A stretch of DNA of 64,000 nt from Minutocellus sp. GHC0000111. Lineage: Eukaryota. The stretch is from NCBI GenBank assembly GCA_977018835.1, contig OZ361257.1, positions 2,108,001-2,172,000 on the forward strand, given 5' to 3'. The number at the start of each line of letters is the position of its first letter. The first letter of the stretch is position 1. Positions 34,313 through 45,300 of this stretch are shown here, piece by piece. The notes below the pieces were generated by a model. The model made no database searches. It had not been told where the DNA came from and saw nothing but the letters and a program-made list of their open reading frames with translations. The translations under genes were made by a program, and so were the position numbers.

Positions 34313-35899
34313 TCACACTTCACAGTTCTGAACGCCGCATTCCGGTTCGGGTGGTTCGGCCGTGGCGGCAAGGAACAGCGCCGAGAGGAACGCGGCGCCG
34401 CCGATGATTCCCTGCCGCCCGACCGTCTCTCCCAGAAACACAAAGCTAAGGATGGACGCCCAAAGTGGCTGGGAGGCATACAATGTTTGGGCCCGGGTCG
34501 GACCGACGGCCTGCTGTCCGCCCACCTGCAGAAAGGGTGCCACGGCATTGACGGCCAGTCCCGCCCACAGCGCCAGCAGGGCGATGGTGCCGCAGTCCTC
34601 CAACGTGGCAGCGGCGAGGTAGTCGGTTGCCTCGCCGCATCCCATCGCCGCCACCAGCAGGACCGACAGGATGGCCTGGGTGAGGATTTTGCCCGTAATG
34701 AGTTGCCTGGCCTTGACGACCTTGCCATATTTGAACAACCTCAAATCGTACGTGGCGTAGAAGCCCGCCGCCACGACGCACAGGGCATCGCCGAGGGCCA
34801 GGTTGCTGTTGGCGGTGGCGTCGGCGGCGGCACTGCACGTGCCCGCCGATGGGTCGCTGGTGAAGAGGAACACCCCACCCAAAGCCAGCGCAATGGCCGT
34901 CTTGATTCTATTCGGGATCGGCACGCCCATGATGCCCTGCACCACGGGCACGATGAGGGTCGTCAGCTGGATGAGGAAGGCCCCGTGGTCGGCCGTCGTC
35001 AGACTCAGTCCGTACAGGTTGGCGGTGGTGCCCAGCATCTTCCACAGGCCCAGTTCCAGCCCGGCCTGCGCCTCGAGGGGCAATTTGGGCAGGTTCAGCA
35101 GTGGCACGTTCTTGTCGTCGTCCACGTCCCTGCTACTAGCAGTACTAGTATTGCCTATATTGATATCGGCATCACTGCTACCCGTATCCGTATTGTCACC
35201 GCTCCTCTCCCTGCTGTTCTCCACCAACGATCGCGGGAGCGGAGTCGACGCCTCGAGGAACGGGCCGCCGACGACCAAACCGCAGAGCGCCACGACGCTG
35301 ACTACGGCATTGAGCAAAAGCACCGGCGGCGGGGCATGACCATGACCACCACTACCACTGGTGTCGGCCAGCGCGGCGTGGAGGGCCGGAGACATGGACG
35401 AGAAGAGGAGGGTGATGAAGCCGATGGTCAGCAATCCCCGGCGGTATTCGGCGTCGGCCCCCTCCGTGGCGATGGCACCGCCCTGCAATTGCTGCAGTTG
35501 CTGGTTCTGGCTGCTGTTGTTGGTGGTGCTGGCGGGTTTTGCCAGCTTGCCGCTGCCGCCGCTGTTGGAATTCCGAGGCAGATCCAAAGTCTGCGTCCGA
35601 TCCGAGAGAAAGAGGAGCGAGCTGCTGCTAGTGCTGCTGCTTCTGGTCAGTTTCCTGCCAGTACCCCAGGAGGCATAACAATTGGAATTGACATAATAAA
35701 TGTTGTTGTCATTGGCACGTCGTCTGCAGCAATTATTGTTCTTGGGTCCTACTTTGCTTTCGAACACAGCTGGACGCAAACAACAAGACGAAGCATGGTG
35801 CTGATGCTGGAATGCCACCGCCGATGGAGGTGCACGACAGGCGACACCGATGGCCAGGGCCGCGGCGGGATGATGCAGCAGAAGTCTCCTCTTCATCAT
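34313..35899 (-). CDS. EamA/DMT-family transporter, possibly plastid-targeted
   Basis: AGLELGLW..LG...L.GL..TTA..GAFLIQLTTLIVPV, LGDALCVVAAGFYA, LQVGGQQAVGPTRAQTLYASQPLWA...LGE; N-terminal ..AVAF followed by a transit-like region. Confidence 0.85.
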   Translation of the reverse strand: MMKRRLLLHHPAAALAIGVACRAPPSAVAFQHQHHASSCCLRPAVFESKVGPKNNNCCRRRANDNNIYYVNSNCYASWGTGRKLTRSSSTSSSSLLFLSDRTQTLDLPRNSNSGGSGKLAKPASTTNNSSQNQQLQQLQGGAIATEGADAEYRRGLLTIGFITLLFSSMSPALHAALADTSGSGGHGHAPPPVLLLNAVVSVVALCGLVVGGPFLEASTPLPRSLVENSRERSGDNTDTGSSDADINIGNTSTASSRDVDDDKNVPLLNLPKLPLEAQAGLELGLWKMLGTTANLYGLSLTTADHGAFLIQLTTLIVPVVQGIMGVPIPNRIKTAIALALGGVFLFTSDPSAGTCSAAADATANSNLALGDALCVVAAGFYATYDLRLFKYGKVVKARQLITGKILTQAILSVLLVAAMGCGEATDYLAAATLEDCGTIALLALWAGLAVNAVAPFLQVGGQQAVGPTRAQTLYASQPLWASILSFVFLGETVGRQGIIGGAAFLSALFLAATAEPPEPECGVQNCEV

Positions 35900-36176
35900 G
35901 AACTGTTGAATAATGTTGCAATGCTGATGGTGCCAGGTGCTGGCATCGTTTCCAGTCGAGCGAATCATTTTATAAAGGTGTCTGTAATTGGAGAGTCATA
36001 CGGAAAATATCGTAGCAACAATTATTATTTACTGCTTTTTGGATTTTTATAGACAGTGTTGAAGAGACCTATAGCTTGCCGATCCATCGCCCCGCTTGTT
36101 CTTCAAGTTCGTATCTCGAGCCGAGCCAAGCTGCCTCCGTCACTTTTTCTTGTCGTATCTCGAATCGAATCCAACC

Positions 36177-37260
36177 ATGAAGACCGCCATCTTTGCCACC
36201 CTCCTCGCCGGCGCCGGCGCCGGCGCCTTCGCCCCCGCCCAGACCGGCAAGGCCTCCACCGCCCTCCGCGCCTTCGAGGACGAGGTGAGTTTTTGCATGC
36301 AACTTCACTTACTTGAACTTACTTTTCGACCATGGTCGGTCACCTTCGTTTCTCGCCTCGCTTGCAGGAGGCAGAACATTAGTCGGAGCCAATTCCGGTC
36401 TCCACCTTTGGACGTTCGGATATTGAATTCTGATCCATTTAGCTGATTAGAGATGGTGCCGATGAGAAATCACATGGGTTGGCATGGGGTGGAGCGTATG
36501 GCAAGCAAGGAGATGTCACGCATGGGAATAATCTTCTGGACGCATTTCTATTCGATCAGATTATGCACATCGATGAGACCTCTCCTTTTGCTCAACGCGT
36601 ACACACCGACCGACCAGCACGGCCAATCAACGGACGGAACGAGAAACAAGGATGACATATTACTTTTCATTATTTTCATTTTACGGACCATCTTTGCTCA
36701 CAACAACTTTCTCCATAAACTCAAAACAACCAACCAAACAGCTCGGAGCCCAGCCCCCCCTTGGCTTCTACGATCCCCTTGGCCTCGTCGCCAACGGTGA
36801 TCAGGCCAACTTCGACCGTCTCCGTTACGTCGAGATCAAGCATGGCCGCATCTCCATGCTCGCCATCGCCGGTTACCTCACCACCGCCGCCGGCATCCGT
36901 CTTCCCGGAGCCATCTCCAACAGCGAGGGCGTCAACTTCTCCGACATCCCCGCCGGATTCGAGGCCCTCAAGAACATCCCCGGAGCCGGCCTCTTCCAGC
37001 TCTTCGCCTTCATCGGCTTCCTCGAGACCTTCGTCATGAAAGACTCCGCCAACGGCGCCGAGCCCGGTGAATTCATTGGCGACTTCCGCAACGGCTTCAT
37101 CGACTTCGGCTGGAACACCTTCGACGAGGAGACCAAGCTCCAGAAGCGCGCCATCGAGCTCAACCAGGGCCGTGCCGCCATGATGGGCATCCTCGCCCTC
37201 ATGGTCCACGAGAAGCTCGGCGTCTCCCTCCTCCCCGGCGGTGTCCTCCCCGGCCAATAA
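36177..37260 (+). CDS. Lhcf: Fucoxanthin-chlorophyll a/c binding light-harvesting protein (2 exons)
   Basis: Exons 36177-36284 and 36742-37260. MKTAIFATLLAGAGAGAFAP..AFEDE|LGAQPPLGFYDPLGL..FDRLRYVEIKHGRISMLA..KRAIELNQGRAAMMG. Confidence 0.97.
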
Positions 37261-37795
37261 ATGGTTGGTTGGTTGCTCGCTTTGAGGCTCGTTCTGGTTG
37301 GATCCGCTTGATGCAAAGGCGTGGAGTGTGAATGGAAACAGTGGTGAATAAAGGCCGTGGGCGAGGATGTGCCCCAGTTCATTTCGGTTCTCTTTCGGAG
37401 GGATTGATTATTCATGAAGGCCAAGGAGAATGCCATGTTGTGATGGCGGTGGCGTTTCGTTCGTCGGCCATTCATATCATGTTCTCTGTTGTGCAGCGCG
37501 CTTGGGTCCATAAGAATGATACTAATTACGTAGTAGGATGGGTTGCATGAAAGTTTTGTTGGGCTTCTTAAATCAACCAGCTGTGCAAGTTGGTTGCGAT
37601 AGGAACTGATCAATCTCAATATATAGTAGAGTGGTACGATTTGCCTTCACAAAACGATCAGCATACTGTATGATTCTACGTAGTTACATGTATGCGATAC
37701 ACTTGTGGACCACCTCGTGCAATGATATGAGTGGCCGGATGATGCAGAATTGTTTGGTAGAACAACCAGATACTCGTACTCTTCATAGGAATTCT

Positions 37796-39115
37796 TTACT
37801 TTTTACTTGGCAAATATCCATACTCCTGTAGCTTCTTCTCGTTCCGTCTCCAATCCTTGTCCACCTTGACGAAGAGATCGAGATGCACCCTTTCGCCGAA
37901 GAATTCCTCTAATTTTTTCCTTGCATCGACGCCAACGTCCTTGATCTTCTGCCCACCTTTTCCAACAACGATTCCCTTTTGCGAATCCCTCTCAACTAAT
38001 ATTGTCGCCTTCATCCGTATCGTTGGATTCTTATCTTCCACTTTTGGCTCCTTGAACTCAGTAACGCGCACTTCACAGCAGTACGGCATTTCCTTCTTTA
38101 GCTTCTCGAAGAGTGTAGCTCGGATCATTTCAGATGCAAAGAATCGTTCGCTGCGATCAGTGAGTGTATCTTCGTCGTAAAGTGGAGGACTTATGGGTAA
38201 TATTCCCTGCGCCTCTTCATTGGATATGAACTTGACTCCCTCCTGAAACATACCAGGTATAGGCCGGCCGAGGTCCCGAATGGCCGCTGGTACGTCCGGG
38301 CCTCCCGTCAGAAGCTGTCGAATGGCCTTCACGCCGAGGTCCTCAGGTCCCTTGGAAGCACATGCGGGGATGATGGCCATGGCATCTGGCAACAATTCTC
38401 TCCAACGTGCGACGGCATCAAAGACGGTGATGGTCCGTCCGGCCTCATCGTTCTCCTCCGAATCAGGATTGACCTTGTCGACCAAATCGACCTTGTTGAT
38501 TACAACAATTGTAGGTCTCTTTGACTTTTGTACCTTGGCAAACAGGTTGTCATCTGGTATCGGCGTCGAAAACAAATCTGTCACCACCAGCAGCACCTCC
38601 GAGTTCTTTAATGTTCCCTTTACAGCCTCCATCATCCCCTCTTGTAGCTTGCAGGCAGGATCCTCGATCACCCCAGGAGTATCGTAAAAACACAGCTGAC
38701 AATTCTCGGTCGTTAGCACACCCAGGATGGAATGCCGAGTCGTCTGCGGTCGGTTGGTGGCAACGCATAAATCGGTATCGATGAGAGCATTGAGTAGCGT
38801 CGATTTGCCCATATTAGGTGCACCAACAATCCCCACAAACCCACATCGAAAGTCATCCACGGAGGCACCATCATCACTATCGTCTGGAACGGACGTCGCC
38901 GCAGGGAGCCGACCCTCATACTCGAATGCCTCGTCCAAGTCCCGAAGCAAATTCTTGGCATTCTCTTCCTTGGCCGCCTTGTCGTATTTTACCATTGACA
39001 AGGCAGCTGTCGGAGCAATTTGATTAGATGACTGCTTGCATGAACGCTGATGGGTGACAAACGACGATGAAACCCATGGTAAGGTGAGGAAAAGCGCAAT
39101 TCTTGCCGGTAACAT
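37796..39115 (-). CDS. era: GTPase Era, plastid-targeted
   Basis: GAPNMGKSTLLN, PQTTR, DTPG, NKVD, ERFFASEMIR, KEMPY, VERDSQKGIVVGKGG, LDLFVKV..DWR; start MLPARIALFLTLPWVSSSF. Confidence 0.92.
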   Translation of the reverse strand: MLPARIALFLTLPWVSSSFVTHQRSCKQSSNQIAPTAALSMVKYDKAAKEENAKNLLRDLDEAFEYEGRLPAATSVPDDSDDGASVDDFRCGFVGIVGAPNMGKSTLLNALIDTDLCVATNRPQTTRHSILGVLTTENCQLCFYDTPGVIEDPACKLQEGMMEAVKGTLKNSEVLLVVTDLFSTPIPDDNLFAKVQKSKRPTIVVINKVDLVDKVNPDSEENDEAGRTITVFDAVARWRELLPDAMAIIPACASKGPEDLGVKAIRQLLTGGPDVPAAIRDLGRPIPGMFQEGVKFISNEEAQGILPISPPLYDEDTLTDRSERFFASEMIRATLFEKLKKEMPYCCEVRVTEFKEPKVEDKNPTIRMKATILVERDSQKGIVVGKGGQKIKDVGVDARKKLEEFFGERVHLDLFVKVDKDWRRNEKKLQEYGYLPSKK

Positions 39116-39399
39116 GGCTGGAAGATGAGTGGCTGGTCTGCGAGCTGTCATCATAAAATATTTGCCTGGAAAGTTTGCGGTGGTGGAGAAAACTATCACC
39201 CCTAAAAAAATGCGCGAAGCATCGGAGAGACTCCTCATCTTTTCGAGAGGTTCTGGTTGGCGCGGCAGCAGCAGCAGCAGCAACCTAGGTACGGGTTGGC
39301 GCGCGTTTTTGCAGAGTTGCTTGCAGAGAGTGTGCGGGCGCCTTGGGGTGATGAGCAGGGTACGTACATTGCAAACTACATATACGAGATTCGCCAACA

Positions 39400-40085
39400 A
39401 TGAAGCCCTCCTAATCAGCTTTCTTGCCACCCAAACGCATGGCTTCATAGTGCCAGGGGTGTGCTCTCCGCGGACTTCTTTGTTGCGTCTGTCGGCAACT
39501 TCGCGACCAGATGCGTCCGCCCTCGTCGAGGAGGCCCTCAAGATTACCTCCGCTCTTGGCATCGATTCCAAAGAGGCCCGTCTCGCTTGGGAGGCGGTAG
39601 AAGAGGTTGATTCGAGTGATACGAGCCCGGCGTCGAAAGGAAGCTACGAGACGGAATGCGACGTAAATTTTGGATCTGCTCCTGCTAAGGAATGCATGGA
39701 TTATGCCATTTTCTTGGACGAATTGTACAATCTTCGGGACGCCCTCAGCGACAAGGTTGTTACAAATAGGCAGAAGGCTGGCCTTGTGGATGCACTCAAG
39801 GTGATTAAATTGCAAGATCAGAAGGGCGTTCCTGCCAAACCCAGCGAAGAACTCACAGCAGCTCTGGAGGCTGCCAAGGCAGCAACGTCCGAGCACGGAA
39901 TTCAATCGGCAGAAGCTCGTTTGGCATGGGAAACATACGAGGAGATAGCAAGCAGTGGTCTTGATAACGCCATTGGCGTTGCACTTGATGACGAGTGCCA
40001 GTATGAATACGGGTCGGATTCTTGTAAGGCGATAGAAGAATTGGACAGAGTCTTGCCGATATTACAGTCCCTGAACTTTGATTAA
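39400..40085 (+). CDS. CP12: Tandem CP12-domain protein, plastid-targeted; ATG one base out of frame as assembled
   Basis: EARLAWEAVEEV..ECDVNFGSAPAKEC and EARLAWETYEEI..ECQYEYGSDSC. ATGAAGCCCTCCTA would read MKALLISFLATQTHGF with one extra base. Confidence 0.8.
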
Positions 40086-40356
40086 GTGGGAGAGCTCTCG
40101 AGACTAGCTACGTACGTAGCTAGCTACTAGACAGAGAAGAGCGATCACAAAAGAGATCATCGCTAGCGTAGTAGCGAGAAATAAACCTAATGACATGCAA
40201 TCGTCTATGCATTATATCCGGATTTTCACATCATGGATATCTAAATGTACCCTTTGAATGAAATTTCCACCAGCATAGACTACGCGTAGCTAGTCTACCC
40301 TACGCGGCATCTAGCTCAAGAGTCTTCATTCTCAATCTAGAGAACCTACCTAGTCA

Positions 40357-41753
40357 CTAGATCTGATCCTCTTCGGCTGCACCATTGGCCTTGTTTCCTT
40401 CTTCCATTGCAAGATCATTATTTTCACCACTGCTCATGCTCTTGGCGGCGTTGTAATCATCGTACAAGCTGCTGCACAACAAGAAGCTCGAAAGGAAGCA
40501 CCCCCAAGTGAAGTAATACAGATTACCAAGTGGAGATCCTGGTCCCTGCTCCGAGGTGATGTAGGCGGTACCAAATGCAAAGGAACCGACAAGGATGGCG
40601 CCCAAGACAGCCTCGAGAAGGAATGGGGCCTTGCTGGTGTAAATCTTCATGAACACAACGACCAGGGCGAAAAATGTTCCGACAGCGCCCAAACCAATAC
40701 CCAGCTTGGTCCGACGGCAAAATTCGTCTCCAACAAAGGCGTTCACGCAGTCGTTCTTGTAAATGTTGGTGGACGAACCCATGACAACAATAGCCGCGGC
40801 CATGTGAGCAGTCCAAACCGAGAGGCGGGCGCTCCTCGTCTTGAGCTCGCCCTGAATGTCAATCTGAAACGCACTGCGCAGGTAGCTGGTGAGGAGGGTG
40901 ACGGCGCAGATGAGTCCGGCCCAGCTGAAGTAGTACAGATTGCCGTTCGACACGGCACCCTTCTCGTTGACAGCGAGGCCGTGCCGGCTGTCGGCCACGA
41001 CGGCCACCAATCCGGACCAAAAGGCGGCCAGCACCAGGCAAAGCAGTCCCTCGATCTTGGTCCCCACGATGAAGAGCGACGTTACGGCATTGAAGTGCAT
41101 CAGAATGATGATGGCGCAAAATGCGAAGGTGCAGGAGGCGCAGACGATGGACCACTTCTCGTTCGCTTCCGTTTTGGGATCGCCGCTCTCTCCATTGTTG
41201 TTGGCCTGTCGACCGCCACGAATGATGTTTGAATCATTTGAATGAATTCAACACGATTTATGTGAGTGAGAGGTCATGCATGTTATGAATATGTGAGTCT
41301 CACATGTTATGAATATGATGGTGGAACAATAATATATTGGTGGCAGCAACATGAAGGTACCGCGAAACATGTGCCATATCAGTTAATAATTCACTTACCG
41401 CCTCGACTGCCGCACCCAGCACAATGGTGCTAAAAAATCAGGGGCGGATGAGATGAGATGAGATAGATGTTTGGGGGGAGGAGAAAAAAGATACGAGCAA
41501 ATAAATGGGTTTGTTCGTCAGCCAATGGATCGGTCATCATTATTTACTATCGTTCAAACAGCACGAAGCCCCAGGAGCAAGCGGGGCCTGTAACCACTAT
41601 CGGAAGTACTACTGGTTGGAGTGGACCCCATTCGCCTCATTATTTATGGGGGGCAAATTTTGAATGAACGGATACGCACCTGAAGACGAACAAGGCACAC
41701 CAGTGGGTGAAGCGGGGGGAACGGGAGGTATCGCCTTCGATGGTATCCGTCAT
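40357..41753 (-). CDS. Multi-pass membrane protein with two MARVEL-like 4-TM repeats (3 exons, incl. a 31-nt microexon)
   Basis: Exons 41753-41680, 41429-41399 and 41205-40357 join in frame; duplicated motif GNLYYFSW / GNLYYFTW. Confidence 0.8.
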
Positions 41754-42386
41754 TGTTTCGAAAGAAGCGCCAGAGAAGGTGTTATTTGCTGCTACGCCGC
41801 AAGAATGGCTGAGAGGGCATGAACAAGTCCGGTGCTGACGAGCGAAAAGATCGTGGCCAAAATCGCTGCGCGAACAAAGCCCAAGGAAACCCGACTGTGA
41901 TTTTTGGCGGCGGGGCCCACTCCGTCCCCCCTTCGTCGTTCCCCGAAGTAGTTTGAAGTAAGTAGTTTGTAGTTTGAAGGGGGTTAATGAACGGTCTTTC
42001 GTCGAAATGACGCTTACTATTAGATTTTGTATACATTTTCTAATAAAAGGGCGATTACCTGAAAGTTTACCCGATATGCTTGACGAGCAGCAATGACACG
42101 TGGTGACTGAGGGAGCGCGCGCCCCCCAGCCTCTCGAATGAACATCCTCCAACGCACCGCATGCACGCGCTCACATATCTTCCAAGAAAGCTTCCTGCGT
42201 ATTCGTTGCCCTTTCATCTCGCCTCCCCCGCTGGTTTGGTCACCCGCGGAACGTCGATTGAACAACGACACATACACAGAGAATTCTCTTTTTCCTTGAG
42301 TAACGAGAGAGGTTTGGTCACCTCCCCGTCACTTTGGCTTTCCAGCACATAACGAAAAACTCACTCTTGCGAAGCAAAAAGCAAAA

Positions 42387-45300
42387 ATGGCTGCCGCCGT
42401 CCCCATCGTCTTTTCGGAGGCCCTCAATGTACGTGCTACTGAAATGTTGCTGCTACCATCATCCCCGCCCATCCTTCGGCCCCGGAGGAATGCACCGCGC
42501 GATTGCTCGTCGGCTGTCCCGCCGGGGGCATAACACTTTTTCAATCGGCGCGGCGCGTTTCGGCGAGCTTCCTCCGGTGCGCTGATTGGCTTTTTTTTTA
42601 ATCGTAGGGCAACCATCAATATTGATGGAGGATGACTGGATTGCAGTCGAATTAGTGGATGCAGAATACCCCGCAGATGCATGGCGGGCATAATGGCTTT
42701 GGCATCTTGCTGCATGCCATTGTATCATCATTGCCCGGGCGAGATTCGGAGGCGGGGCGGGGCAAATGGCGCGCATTAGTTTGTTTTTGTGCCGACGACT
42801 TGTCGGCACTTTTTGGTATTTTCCCTTGGATCAACCCGTACAACCCGAACCCACATTCTCTAACCCATACTTTGTTTCCATCTCTCCTTTCCCGTCTCGG
42901 TACTGCTGCTTTCCAATGGGGATGATCCATAATTGCAATTCAATCCAATGCGATGCAATTCAATGCGATGATATGCCGATGACGAATTGAATGAATGACC
43001 GCCCCAACCAATGCTTCGTTTCCATTCGAACAGCTCCAACAACTCGGAGTTCCCGAGGGCTCCATCAAGCATGGCCTCACGTCCATGTCGTCCGACAAGT
43101 GGATCGTGTCCGTGGAGCCCAGCCAGGTCACCCTGGTCGACCTCCAGAACAACGCGGCCGTCACCCGCCGCCCGATCCAGGCCGAGGCCTCCATCATGAA
43201 CCCCGAGTCCAACATTTTGGCCCTCCGGTCCGGCACAACCCTCCAGACCTTCAACCTCGACGCCAAGGCCAAGCTCAAGAGCCACGCCATGACGGAGCCC
43301 ATCGTGTTCTGGAAGTGGACGTCGGCCTCCAACCTCGCCCTCGTCACCGCCGGGTCGGTCTACCACTGGTCCATCGAGGGCGATTCGGCCCCCGCCAAGG
43401 TCTTTGACCGCCACCCGTCCATCGGACCCAACTCCCAGATCATCAACTACCACGTCAGTCCCGACCAGAAGTGGTGCCTCATCGGGGGCATCTCGGCCGG
43501 GGCCGGCGGGGCCGTCAACGGCAACATGCAGCTGTACTCCGTCGAGAAGAAGGTCAGCCAGCCCCTCCAGGGCCACGCCGGTGCCTTCCATACCATCAAG
43601 CTCGTCGGACGGGAGGACCCCGCCCAGGTCCTCGTCTTCCACGAGAAGAAGGCCGACGGGGCCGAGGGACACAAGCTGTACGTCATGGAGGTCGGCCGGG
43701 ACCCCTCCAAGGGACCCGCCTTCCGCCTGGCCCCCACGGCCATCCCCGTCCCCGCCGACGCCGGGGCCGACTTCCCCGTCAGCCTCGTCGTCGACAAGAA
43801 GAACGACCTAGCCTTCCTCCTTACCAAGATGGGATACGTCTACATGTTCGACATCCACTCCGGCAAGACCATGTACCGGGCCAAGGTCACCCAGGAGACC
43901 GTCTTCGTCACCTGCGGACAGGACTCCACCGGCGCCGTCTTTGGCATTACCGTCCGCACCGGCAAGGTCATTCGCGTCCAGCTCAACGGACAGGCCCTGG
44001 TGCCCTACATCACCAGTACCCTCCGCGACAACGACCTCGCCATCAAGGTGGCCGGCCGTCTCGGTCTGCCCGGCGCCGAGAACCTATACGCCGCCGAGTT
44101 CGAGCGGCTCATCGGGGCCGGCCAGGTCGTCGAGGCCGCCAAGCTCGTCGCCGCCTCCGGCACCGCCCTCCGTACCCCCGCCACCATCGCCCGCTTCCAG
44201 CAGATCCCCGCCCAGCCCGGCAGCCCCCAGCCCGTCTTCCAGTACTTCTCCACCCTCCTCGAGTCCGGCAAACTCAACGAGCAGGAGAGTATCGAGCTGG
44301 CCAAGCCCGTCCTCCAGCAGGGCCGCCCCCAGCTCATGGAGAAGTGGCTCAAGGACGACAAGCTCCAGTGCTCCGAGCAGCTCGGCGACCTCATCATGCC
44401 CTCCGACGCCGGCATGGCCCTCAGCGTCTACCTGCGCTGCCAGTGCCACTCCAAGGCCATCAACTGCTTCGTCCAGCGCGGGGAGTACGACAAGATCGTC
44501 CCCTACGCCACCAGCGTCGGCTTCAAGATGGACTACTCCTCCATGCTCAGCCAGCTCCTCTTCAACAACCCCCAGGGAGCGCTGGATCTGGCCAAGGGCC
44601 TCGTCAACGCCGAGGGCGGTCCCCTCATCGACATCCAGGCCACCGCCGAGGCCTTCTTGTCGAGCAACCGCATCCAGGAGACCACCGCCTTCCTCCTCGA
44701 GGCCCTGAAGGACAACAAGCCCGAGCATGCCTACCTCCAGACCAAGCTTCTGGAGATCAACCTCGTCGGCGGTGCTCCCCAGGTCGCCGATGCCATCATG
44801 CAGAACGGTATCCTCACCCACTACGACCGGGCCCACGTCGGCAAGCTCTGCGAGCGCGCCGGTATGTGGCAGCGCGCCGCCGAGCACTACACCGAGATCT
44901 CCGACATCAAGCGTGTCTTCAAGAACTCGCACCAGATGAACCCCGAGTTCGTCGTCGAGTTCTTCGGCAAGCTCAACCGCGAGCAGAGCCTTTCGCTCCT
45001 CAAGGACATGATGTCCCGCGGTCCCAGCAACATGCAGCAGTGCGTCGAGGTGGCCAAGAAGTACCACGACGAGCTCGGTTCCGAGGATCTCATCCAGGTC
45101 TTTGAGAGCAACAAGGCCACTGAGGGTCTGTACTACTACCTCGGTGCCATCGTCAACTTCTCGGAGGACCCCCATGTGCATTTCAAGTACATCCAGGCGT
45201 CGTGCCAGCTTGGCCAGTTCAAGGAGGCCGAGCGTGTCTGCCGCGATTCGAACATTTACGTCCCCGAGGAGGTCAAGGAGTATCTGAAGAATGCCAAGCT

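Noticed and set aside
42935..42995. Degenerate pentamer repeat (caatN/cgatg) in the clathrin intron
   Set aside because: Ordinary low-complexity intronic microsatellite.
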